DNA of 40,833 nt from Mesotaenium endlicherianum. Lineage: Eukaryota. Shown one piece after another: positions 13,484-22,579 of the stretch. Within the stretch, counting starts at the first letter, position 1. The number at the start of each line of letters is the position of its first letter. Made by a program: the position numbers and the translations under genes. The stretch is taken from positions 393,081-433,913 of the forward strand of contig WELA01003352.1 in the NCBI GenBank assembly GCA_009602735.1. Reading direction: 5' to 3'. Under the pieces are notes generated by a model. It searched no databases, had not been told where the DNA came from, and saw only the letters and a list, made by a program, of their open reading frames with translations.

Positions 13484-13986
13484 TGTAGTGAAACAGATAG
13501 ATAAAGTACTTAGTAAAACAGAATACTTTATCTATTCAAGACAAGGATCTTTGAACACAAGTGGTAGCTTCTTGAAAGAGAGATGGCTTCTTGAAAGTTA
13601 ATATATTTCTGGATTTTGGCAAGTACAAGAGTGATTCTGGAATGTCTTTCTATGTTCTAGCTCTTGTTTATATACTTGCTACATAAGTAATTTCTAGGAA
13701 GGTGTATGTTGATGTGTTGGCACCCAACACATCCCAAAACTTGCCACCTCTTTCTAGAATAATGTACACATGTCCTTTTGACCTAAAAATGGCACATCTG
13801 ACTTTTGCCACATGGAGTTCTTCTAGGTCTTTCCTCTAACTTCGAAAATGCCTTGGAAGGTTCAAAGGACATGAACCAAGTTACTAGAGTACCTATTCAC
13901 ACTTGACTCCACACAATACTACTCCAAATATATTTGAAAACATTAAAATATATGCGAACTAATATATAATAACTCAAATCACTACA
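13484..13986 (-). repeat. 5' LTR of copy 1
   Basis: Adjacent to the primer-binding site on the internal side and to TSD ACGTA on the outer side. Confidence 0.97.
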
Positions 13987-14774
13987 ACGTATATGAGGTG
14001 TAGAATTACGCTGAGCCATTCTGATTATCGCACCTTTGTCTGCTCCCAGGCCATGTGCACAGAGCCCTGACAGCTGGCGCTGGCCCTGAGAAAGCACCTG
14101 CTGCTGCCATGTGGCTTTGAACAGCGCTCTCACACCTCGTGTCTTCTCCTTGCTGGGCCCTGGCCTCCTCATCATCGTTCTGGACGGCGGCGTTGGCGGC
14201 GGTGTTGCAGGGGCAGCGGTCAACAGTGCTGACGTGGCAAGGGAGGCAGTGAAGGGGCAGGGTGGTGGTGGCGGCGGGTGACGGCGGAGCAGGTGTGGCC
14301 AATCAGCATTGGGGAGACAACATGTGTCAGGGGGCACGAACCCCGCTGACATCAGCGCGCTGCTCATCCACCTGGAGGTCCAGCAGCGCCAGCGCGACAA
14401 TGCGGTCAACGTGGCGAGGCAGTCCAATAGCAGCGCTCAATGGCACGAGCGTGCCCGCCTGGAAGCCCTGGCCGGGGCAAGCACTAGCTCCAGTGCTTTA
14501 GCCGACGATGACAATGCGTGCCTCAGTGGGGACCACGCAAGAGGCCTTTCCTCACTGGCGCTGGAGGAGGGGGGGTTTGGGTCTGGCGGCTGGGACTGAG
14601 AACGGTGATGGAGAGCAAGAGTCATAACACCGGCGGTGGCGGTGGCAGCAGCAGGGGGAGGAGGAGAAGCAAATCGTTGCAGCTGTGTAGACGAAGCGCT
14701 AGGCAGCTGTCCAACTTTTGGATTTAAGGCAGGCGTAAGTTTGGCTCGGCTTGGACAAGTTGTTGTACATATTG

Positions 14775-15276
14775 TGTAGTGATTTGAGGTATTATATATT
14801 AGTATGCTTATATTTCAATGTTTTCAAATATATTTGGAGTAGTATTGTGTGGAGTCAAGTGTGAATAGGTACTCTAGTAACTTGGTTCATGTCCTTTGAA
14901 CCTTCAAGGCATTTTCGAAGTTAGAGGAAAGACCTAGAAAAACTCCATGTGGCAAAAGTGAGATGTGCCATTTTTAGGTCAAAAGGACATGTGTACATTA
15001 TTCTAGAAAGAGGTGGCAAGTTTTGGGATGTGTTGGGTGCCAACACATCAACATGCACCTTCCTAAATATTACTTACGTAGCAAGTATATAAACAAGAGC
15101 TAGAACATAGAAAGTGAATCCAGAATCACTCTTGTACTTGCCAAAATCCAGAAATATATTAACTTTCAAGAAGCCATCTCTCTTTCAAGAAGCTACCACT
15201 TGTGTTCAAAGATCCTTGTCTTGAATAGATAAAGTATTCTGTTTTACTAAGTACTTTATCTATCTGTTTCACTACA
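14775..15276 (+). repeat. 5' LTR of copy 2 (502 bp)
   Basis: TG...CA termini; TATA-like tatataaa at ~15086-15093; perfect 10-bp hairpin gatgtgttgg-gtg-ccaacacatc at 15027-15049. Confidence 0.97.
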
Positions 15277-15277
15277 G

Positions 15278-15293
15278 TGGTATCGGAGCTAGG
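15278..15293 (+). promoter_or_regulatory. Primer-binding site for initiator tRNA-Met (mirror copy 13467-13482, minus)
   Basis: TGGTATCGGAGCTAGG, 1 nt after the LTR; the canonical plant tRNAi-Met site is TGGTATCAGAGC. Confidence 0.85.
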
Positions 15294-15313
15294 CACTTTG
15301 GTAGCACAAGAAG

Positions 15314-16594
15314 ATGGCCGATCCTCAAGACCAACAGCAAGCTTTCGAAGGAAGCCCTTCCTCTCCAAGACACCCTCCTCCAGCGCCGATGGGAGAGCCC
15401 ACTCAAGAAAATCTGCAACAACAAGAAGCACCACAAGGAGGAGCACACCCTCCTCCAGCGTCGATGGGAGAGCCTACTCAAGGAAATCTGCAACAACAAG
15501 AAGCACCACAAGGAGGAGCACCGTCAAATCCCGTGGCAGCCGCTATAGCAAAGTTGACCCCACCACAAGGAGTTCCCGCAAATGAGTGGGCAGCCTTCCT
15601 AATGACCGTCCACAACCAAGTGGGCTTGGCCACCTATGAAGCAACCGTGCAAGCGTCAAGAGAAGCTATGGCTGCCATGGTTGCCCCTATTGCGAGCAAT
15701 GCTCAAAATCCAGCCCCGGCTCAAGCGCCTCCACAAGAGCCAACGAGAGCAAGGAAACTCATCAAGCCCGGCAAACCCGACACTTTCAACCCCGGGAAAG
15801 GTGCCAACCTGAATTTATGGCTCTACCAAGTGGAGACGTACCTCGCGTTCCTTGAAGTACCCGAGGAGGACTACGTTCCCTTTGCCGTTACCTTACTTAG
15901 AGGAGCAGCAACATCATGGTGGCGTAACTATCAAGCGGCTATATATCAAGCTATGGCGCACCCCATGCTCGGCCAAGAGCCCCCACCATCATATGCAAGA
16001 TGGGCAGATTTTCGTGAGGCCCTCAAGAAGCAATTCATGCCCATCAATGCGGAGAAGATTGCCCGAGGAAAGCTCCACCATCTCAAGCAAACGACGTCCG
16101 TTCAAGAGTATACATCCAGATTTCACGCCCTCACTCTTGAGATCCCCAACATGTCTCTCGAGGAGAAGATTGACCGTTACATCTTTGGCCTCAAACCCAA
16201 GGTGGCAAAGGAAGTGGAGTTACGCGACTTGACGGACTTCTCAAAGATCATTGAAGTGGCCCAAAAGGTGGATACCTTGGATTTCAAGCACTCCGTGCCT
16301 TCATCTTCACGGGTACCGACGACGCGGGTGTACGCAGCCCCTTCCACATCCGAATCTGGACCCACACCCATGGAAATCGGAGTTATTAAAAGGGACCCCG
16401 CGGCTGCCCGGAAGAGTGGAAGACCCTCCAATGACACTTATGATGCAAGAAACCAGCAAGGAGTGAAAGCAAGACTCTCCCCGGCTGAAAAAGAAGCTCT
16501 CATGACGGCTGGACTATGCTTCTATTGCAAGGAAAAGGGCCATCGTGCACTTTCATGCCCCAAAAAGTTGTCAAAAAACGGACAGCGCCGGTAG
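15314..16594 (+). CDS. gag: Gag of copy 2 (426 aa)
   Basis: Same protein as copy 1; CCHC zinc knuckle at the C-terminus. Confidence 0.95.
   Translation: MADPQDQQQAFEGSPSSPRHPPPAPMGEPTQENLQQQEAPQGGAHPPPASMGEPTQGNLQQQEAPQGGAPSNPVAAAIAKLTPPQGVPANEWAAFLMTVHNQVGLATYEATVQASREAMAAMVAPIASNAQNPAPAQAPPQEPTRARKLIKPGKPDTFNPGKGANLNLWLYQVETYLAFLEVPEEDYVPFAVTLLRGAATSWWRNYQAAIYQAMAHPMLGQEPPPSYARWADFREALKKQFMPINAEKIARGKLHHLKQTTSVQEYTSRFHALTLEIPNMSLEEKIDRYIFGLKPKVAKEVELRDLTDFSKIIEVAQKVDTLDFKHSVPSSSRVPTTRVYAAPSTSESGPTPMEIGVIKRDPAAARKSGRPSNDTYDARNQQGVKARLSPAEKEALMTAGLCFYCKEKGHRALSCPKKLSKNGQRR
15371..15520 (+). repeat. 75-nt (25-aa) tandem duplication in the Gag N-terminus
   Basis: [25 protein letters not shown] followed by [25 protein letters not shown]. 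Confidence 0.92.
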
Positions 16595-16608
16595 GCCAGG
16601 AGCCTACC
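16573..16608 (+). promoter_or_regulatory. Putative -1 ribosomal frameshift signal between gag and pol
   Basis: A AAA AAC heptamer in the gag frame (16573-16579); pol is in the -1 frame; 7-bp hairpin GGTAGGC-cagga-GCCTACC at 16590-16608. Confidence 0.8.
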
Positions 16609-19600
16609 ACCCCAAGACCCACTTCACGAGAAGGCAACACGCCAAGTGAGGTGGAGACCCCCGTTGAAGACGACGTTCCAGCCCCAATGAGTTTGAGAGG
16701 TTACCTTGGAGGAGAGAAGGTCCACATCTTGGTGGATAGCGGAGCTCAAGGCAACTTCATTGCTGCAGATTTTGCCACCAAGCACGGTATTACTATGCGA
16801 ACTCTTGACCACGACGAGGAGATTATGATGCCCGATGGATTCTCCTATACTACCCCTTCCAAGAAGACGTACCCCTTGGCACTCTCTATCAAGTCCTTCA
16901 AGGATAGAGTAGTGTTCTCCCCCATGCAATTGGGCAAGTACGACGTCATCCTAGGGACGCCTTGGTTGACCAAGCACAACCCCCAAGTTGATTGGAGGAC
17001 CGGTACTATCAAGATCAAGAATGACATCACTTCAAGAATCTGTATTTTGCGCGCAATCCAGAATATCCAGACCCAAGACATCCAGAAGCCGGCACACGAG
17101 ATACTATTGTCCGCCCTCCAACTCAAGAGACTTGTGAGGAAGGGACACGAGCTTCTTTTGGCCTTGATCACGCCAAAAGACATCAAGAAAGACATCGAGA
17201 GTCAAGAAGGCAGCCCCGTTCCCAAGGAGATACAAGAAGTCTTTGAGGACTACAAAGAAGTGTTCTCCCCGGAATTGCCCAAGGGCCTACCCCCCAAAAG
17301 ATTCGTAGACCACAAGATAGAGTTGGAGCCCGGAAGCAAGCCCATCTCTCGGCCTACGTTCAAAATGTCATACACGGAGCTAGACGAAGTCAAGAAGCAA
17401 ATCAAGGAGCTACTGGAGCATGGCTTCATTCGACCTAGCAAGTCGCCATTTGGAGCCCCGGTGCTATTTGTCAAGAAGAAAGATGGTACCTTGAGGATGT
17501 GTGTGGACTATCGCGCCCTCAACAAGATCACCATCAAGAATCGATACCCGCTGCCGCGCATGGATGAGCTCATGGACCGGCTGGTTGGAGCCAAGTACTT
17601 CACGAAGATTGACTTACGGAGCGGCTACCACCAGATTCGCATCGCAGAACCGGACATAGAGAAGACGGCATTCAGGACAAGATATGGACATTTTGAGTTC
17701 ATGGTCCTGCCATTTGGACTCACCAACGCGCCAGCAACTTTCATGACTATGATGAACACCATATTTCAGCCCATGTTGGACAGATTTGTGGTGGTATTCA
17801 TCGATGACATCCTTATCTACAGCAAGACCCTTGAAGAGCATGCGAGACACTTGAAAGAAGTCCTTGAAGTATTGAAGCAAAACAAGCTGTTTGCGAAGGA
17901 GTCAAAATGCGAGTTTGCCAAACAAGAAGTGGAGTTCCTAGGTCTCCACGTGACTGCTGATGGCATCAAGATAGACCCCAAGAAGACCACGGTGGTGGAG
18001 GAATGGCCAACCCCCACGACCAAGAAAGAACTCCAGTCATTCTTGGGATTTGCCAATTGGTACAGAAAATTCATCCAAGGCTTCTCGCACATAGCAGCCC
18101 CCCTGACAGATCTACTCAAGAAGGACAGGCTATATACATGGACCGAGAAAGAGGAAGAGGCATTTCAAGAGTTAAAGCGAAGATTGACCACATCCCCGGT
18201 GCTCACACTCCCAAGTCCAAACCCAGATTGGCCCTTCCACGTCATCACCGATGCATCTTCCTATGCAATAGGAGCAATCCTGCTTCAAGACCAAGGCAAG
18301 GGACTGCAGCCCATCGCCTACGAGTCAAGGAAGCTAAATCCAGCCGAGCAAAATTATACAACCACGGAGCGAGAGGCATTGGCGATTGTACATGCCTTGA
18401 AGGTTTGGCGCTGCTACGTTGAAGGACGCAAAGTACTGGTCACCACGGACCACGAGGCGTTAAAGCACCTCCAGACGCAGCCGTATCTCTCAAGGAGACA
18501 AGCAAGATGGAGCGGATACTTGCAACAATACAACATCACGATTCAGTACCAGCCCGGCAAGACAAACCCGGCTGACCCCCTCTCAAGACTGCAATTAAAT
18601 GCAGTGATGGTATCCCTGAAGACAGATCTGGAAGCTCGATTTTCAGCCGCCTATGAAAGAGACCCTTACTACAAGAACGGAGAAGCAGCCTTGGACCCAT
18701 GCAAGAAGCAAGAAGGCAATTATTGGGTGAGGCAAGATACGGGCCAGAGATGTGTTCCTAATGACTTAGACCTCCGGCTCTTGCTTCTACGAGAAGCACA
18801 CGACAACCCTCTTGGAGGACACTTTGGAATCCTAAGGACCACGGGCGTTCTAGCTAGGACTTATTGTTGGCCAGGCATGTCTAAGCAAGTCAAGGAGTAC
18901 TGCAGGAGCTGTGACACATGCCAAAGAATCAAGCCATCATCGCAAAAGGCGGGAGGACTCCTCCAACCACTACCAATCCCCGAAAGACAATGGACGGACA
19001 TCTCAATGGACCTTATCGTGGACTTGCCCGTGACACCTCGAGGCCATAATGCAATACTCACGGTGGTGGACAGACTTACCAAGATGGCTCATTTTATTCC
19101 CACGACGACTAAGGCTACAGCACCACAACTTGCAAGACTCATCTTTGACAACATCTTCCGACTCCATGGACTACCATCAAGAATTGTGTCAGATAGAGAT
19201 CCAAGATTCACAAGCCATTTCTGGAAAAATCTCTTCAAGAACTTGGGTACATCGCTGGATATGTCTACTGCCTACCACCCACAATCAGATGGGCAAACCG
19301 AGCGTATGAATCGTACCCTAAAGACCTCTCTAAAGGCCTACGTGTCTACCCTCGAGCAAGACTGGGACATGTACTTGACCCCCCTCGAGTTTGCCTACAA
19401 CAACACTACGCAGGCCTCTACCCAAGAGTCCCCATTCTTCCTCAACTATGGCTTCCATCCGACCACGCCACTGAGCTTCACGGCTGGCCATGATGAAGTA
19501 CCTGCAGCCACAGATTTTATGGAGACATTAGAAGCAGCCCTTACAGCAGCGAAGAAAGCTCTACAACACGCGCAAGATGCTCAAGCAAGAGTGGCGAACA

Positions 19601-20181
19601 GATCCAGAAGAGAAATTACGTACAGAGTGGGTGACAACGTGTTACTATCATCCAAGAACATTTCCCTGAACAACAGGCCTGCCGGCAGCAAGTTCTCTCC
19701 CAAGTATTTGGGACCCTTCAAGATTATCCAGCAAGTCAACCCCGTTGCTTTCAAGCTAGAACTTCCCCAGACTATGCACATCGACCCCGTATTCCACGCT
19801 TCCCTCTTCAAGCCATATGTGCAACCCGACAACAAGTTCCCAGGACGTGTGACAACCCCACCAGCCCCAACAATAGTGGATGATCATTTGGAGTACGAAG
19901 TGGAAGACATAGTGGCTATGAGAAATTTCAGGAGACAGCAGCAATACTTGATCAAGTGGAAAGGATATCCAGATTCGGAGAATAGTTGGGTGGCGGCGCA
20001 CTACCTTGACAAAGTTCAGAGAAAGTTGAAGCGCTTCCATGCCGCCAACCCCCATCTTGGACCAGCCCCAAGTCTCTCTACTAGAAGCCCGAAGACTTCA
20101 GGGAGGCAGCCTGCCACCATCAAGAAGCAGCAGAAGACCCCTTGGAGGCAGCCTGCAAGAACAAGAAAGAGGAAAAATTGA
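16573..20181 (+). CDS. pol: Pol of copy 2 (protease, RT, RNase H, integrase, chromodomain at ~19891-20040)
   Basis: Same motifs as copy 1; only two amino-acid differences seen (EVL/FEDY and PNDI/LD). Confidence 0.96.
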   Translation, partial: KKRTAPVGQEPTTPRPTSREGNTPSEVETPVEDDVPAPMSLRGYLGGEKVHILVDSGAQGNFIAADFATKHGITMRTLDHDEEIMMPDGFSYTTPSKKTYPLALSIKSFKDRVVFSPMQLGKYDVILGTPWLTKHNPQVDWRTGTIKIKNDITSRICILRAIQNIQTQDIQKPAHEILLSALQLKRLVRKGHELLLALITPKDIKKDIESQEGSPVPKEIQEVFEDYKEVFSPELPKGLPPKRFVDHKIELEPGSKPISRPTFKMSYTELDEVKKQIKELLEHGFIRPSKSPFGAPVLFVKKKDGTLRMCVDYRALNKITIKNRYPLPRMDELMDRLVGAKYFTKIDLRSGYHQIRIAEPDIEKTAFRTRYGHFEFMVLPFGLTNAPATFMTMMNTIFQPMLDRFVVVFIDDILIYSKTLEEHARHLKEVLEVLKQNKLFAKESKCEFAKQEVEFLGLHVTADGIKIDPKKTTVVEEWPTPTTKKELQSFLGFANWYRKFIQGFSHIAAPLTDLLKKDRLYTWTEKEEEAFQELKRRLTTSPVLTLPSPNPDWPFHVITDASSYAIGAILLQDQGKGLQPIAYESRKLNPAEQNYTTTEREALAIVHALKVWRCYVEGRKVLVTTDHEALKHLQTQPYLSRRQARWSGYLQQYNITIQYQPGKTNPADPLSRLQLNAVMVSLKTDLEARFSAAYERDPYYKNGEAALDPCKKQEGNYWVRQDTGQRCVPNDLDLRLLLLREAHDNPLGGHFGILRTTGVLARTYCWPGMSKQVKEYCRSCDTCQRIKPSSQKAGGLLQPLPIPERQWTDISMDLIVDLPVTPRGHNAILTVVDRLTKMAHFIPTTTKATAPQLARLIFDNIFRLHGLPSRIVSDRDPRFTSHFWKNLFKNLGTSLDMSTAYHPQSDGQTERMNRTLKTSLKAYVSTLEQDWDMYLTPLEFAYNNTTQASTQESPFFLNYGFHPTTPLSFTAGHDEVPAATDFMETLEAALTAAKKALQHAQDAQARVANRSRREITYRVGDNVLLSSKNISLNNRPAGSKFSPKYLGPFKIIQQVNPVAFKLELPQTMHIDPVFHASLFKPYVQPDNKFPGRVTTPPAPTIVDDHLEYEVEDIVAMRNFRRQQQYLIKWKGYPDSENSWVAAHYLDKVQRKLKRFHAANPHLGPAPSLSTRSPKTSGRQPATIKKQQKTPWRQPARTRKRKN

Positions 20182-20790
20182 CATTAGACACTCTTCTCTT
20201 CTCGCAGTTTCTGGACAGAAAACTAAAACTGCTACTGGTAATAGGTCTCTGCATAATAAATTCTGAAAATTTACCTGGCTGTAGTCCATGAGTAGCCGGT
20301 CATTTAGAGTCCAAGTTTGCTCAATTTGGAGCACTGGTGAGAGAGATATGATGCTCTAAGTAGAAGGGGGTCAGGCTGCTGGCATTGTTAGGACAGAATA
20401 TGCCTTCTGACATTGTGCCTTCCCCTGAACTTGGAATGCTCTGAAACTCAAGACTCTGGTAGAACATCTTACAGCGCCCAGTTTGAGACTTAGTTTGCAG
20501 AATTTGGAGAAGTATAGAAGGACTTATGATTTTCAGAAGTTTCTGCACAGATTTGGAGGAGTGCCTACTCTCTCAGCTCTCAACGACACTCCAGAAATGA
20601 GAATGCTCTCAAATTTGGTGACCCGGTAGAGTTCTCCGACGCGGTCCGTCTGGCACTCGAATTTTCAGATTTGGAGCAGTTCTGTGGCCGCTATGAATTT
20701 TTGAGTTCGTGGCAGATTCTGGGCCAACTTGTACAATTTTCTTTATCATTAAGGAGTAGGCTAGCCAATAAGGTCACACCACCTACGACC

Positions 20791-20919
20791 TTGCCTAGTC
20801 TACCTTACATGTGTAGCACCTGACTTGGCGCCTTTGACTAGTCCTCTTCACATGTGTGGCATCTGACTTGAAACTGTTGACTAGTTTGCTCCACATGTGT
20901 AAGACCTGACTTGACGCGC
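20791..20919 (+). repeat. Three 43-bp tandem units in the element 3' UTR (mirror copy 7841-7969)
   Basis: Units start at 20791, 20834 and 20877; consensus TTGACTAGT-N7-ACATGTGT-N5-CTGACTTG-N6. Confidence 0.9.
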
Positions 20920-20940
20920 CGAGACGTCGCTTTTTCTATT

Positions 20941-20950
20941 GGGGGGGTGA
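20941..20950 (+). promoter_or_regulatory. Polypurine tract (mirror copy 7810-7819)
   Basis: GGGGGGGTGA immediately before the 3' LTR. Confidence 0.85.
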
Positions 20951-21453
20951 TGTAGTGATTTGAGTTATTATATATTAGTTTGCATATATTTTAATGTTTT
21001 CAAATATATTTGGAGTAGTATTGTGTGGAGTCAAGTGTGAATAGGTACTCTAGTAACTTGGTTCATGTCCTTTGAACCTTCCAAGGCATTTTCGAAGTTA
21101 GAGGAAAGACCTAGAAAAACTCCATGTGGCAAAAGTCAGATGTGCCATTTTTAGGTCAAAAGGACATGTGTACATTATTCTAGAAAGAGGTGGCAAGTTT
21201 TGGGATGTGTTGGGTGCCAACACATCAACAGACACCTTCCTAGAAATTATTTATGTAGCAAGTATATAAACAAGAGCTAGAACATAGAAAGAGAATCCAG
21301 AATCACTCTTGTACTTGCCAAAATCCAGAAATATATTAACTTTCAAGAAGCCATCTCTCTTTCAAGAAGCTACCACTTGTGTTCAAAGATCCTTGTCTTG
21401 AATAGATAAAGTATTTTGTTTTACTAAGTACTTTATCTATCTGTTTCACTACA
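20951..21453 (+). repeat. 3' LTR of copy 2 (503 bp)
   Basis: TG...CA termini, followed by TSD TATTG. Confidence 0.97.
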
Positions 21454-22579
21454 TATTGTATATATGTGTTTGTTGTAGAGCGCGTATGCTGCTGAGCGAG
21501 CAGCTAGCACCCATGCTCATCAATGCCTTCTGTTTGTTTAAATTTAAATGACATTTGCGTGTGCTTTTTGCCTGTGTGTGTCAGGCTTTGTGCAAATTTG
21601 CAACACACGTCCTTTCCATGCATCTCCTTCATACAGTTATTTTTCTAGAAAACTAATCGTTTACCTCGAGGTCTGTCACTTCACACGCTCCAGTTCTGGG
21701 TTTTAGGGACCTTGAACTTTAAAACCGAATGAAGCATATCGTGTTGCTTTAAAGTAGAAAATTGACCTGAATTGCACCTGTATGCAAGTGATAGTTAGAC
21801 GGGCCTATTTGAAATATTTCAATCAATGACCATCATACTAAGAAACACGAAAATAAGAGCCACATGCCATCAGGTCTCTGGGTATCACTGAGGTAGGTCA
21901 AAAGTTGAGTTTTGGGTCAACTCTTAGCGAATGTCGAGAACGCCGGAAATTACTACATGCAACTGAAAAAGAATGACTGACTATTTGATACTTCATGCAG
22001 ACACAAGCCAATGTGTGCCATCAAAAGGAAAAACCAGTTCAATTCCTCCATGGACAGATGCAAGTGTCCTTGTTGTTGTGTCCTTGCTTGTTGTCCATGC
22101 AAGCAAGGAACAGTTCGCAGTCACCAATTAAAGCCTGCTATGCCACCTGTAAGCATCAATTTGAGTTTCCACAAACATCTAGGTTGCAGAATGGGCGCAT
22201 TCATTTCCTGGCTCCCCACTTGCTTAACTAATGAAGGCAAGAAATTAGGATGCAACCACTCTAAAAGACTGCATAAGATACTATGCCAGCCTGTAAATTT
22301 GCAATCATGAAAGAAAATGACGAGGTAAACTTGAATACCCTCAAAATCCTCTGTAAAGCTCTGATGGAGGAGCAAAACGCATAGGCGGGGGTCCCACTGC
22401 CAATGGAAGTCACCCACCTTGGATGCGTTCCTGAATAAAGTCAGAATAAATGCCTCCAGGCTCCAATTACGTGGCGAGAGCACAATTTTTTTCCTCTTTA
22501 TGTGTGTACTACCACTTGTGAATGCTAGGTTGGCCTGCTCCCCCCGGCTTGCTGGCCACGCATCATGCATGCATGCATG

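Larger units (their letters stand above)
7307..13986 (-). mobile_element. Full-length Ty3/gypsy chromovirus LTR retrotransposon, copy 1 (6680 bp)
   Basis: 503-bp TG...CA LTRs at 7307-7809 and 13484-13986. TSD ACGTA at 7302-7306 and 13987-13991. Primer-binding site 13467-13482, polypurine tract 7810-7819. Intact gag and pol in PR-RT-RH-IN-chromodomain order. Confidence 0.98.
14775..21453 (+). mobile_element. Full-length Ty3/gypsy chromovirus LTR retrotransposon, copy 2 (6679 bp)
   Basis: LTRs at 14775-15276 and 20951-21453. TSD TATTG at 14770-14774 and 21454-21458. Primer-binding site, polypurine tract and intact gag/pol present. Confidence 0.98.

Noticed and set aside
20182..20790. Extra env-like ORF in the element 3' region
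   Set aside because: Only ORFs under 80 aa with no recognisable features.
20791..20919. CRISPR-like array
   Set aside because: Eukaryotic retroelement context, variable parts only 5-7 nt, three units and no cas genes.
7307..21453. Inverted repeat as a pure assembly fold-back or segmental inversion-duplication
   Set aside because: The copies have different perfect TSDs and copy-specific LTR variants, and the flanks are not duplicated. Collapse of the internal consensus is still possible.
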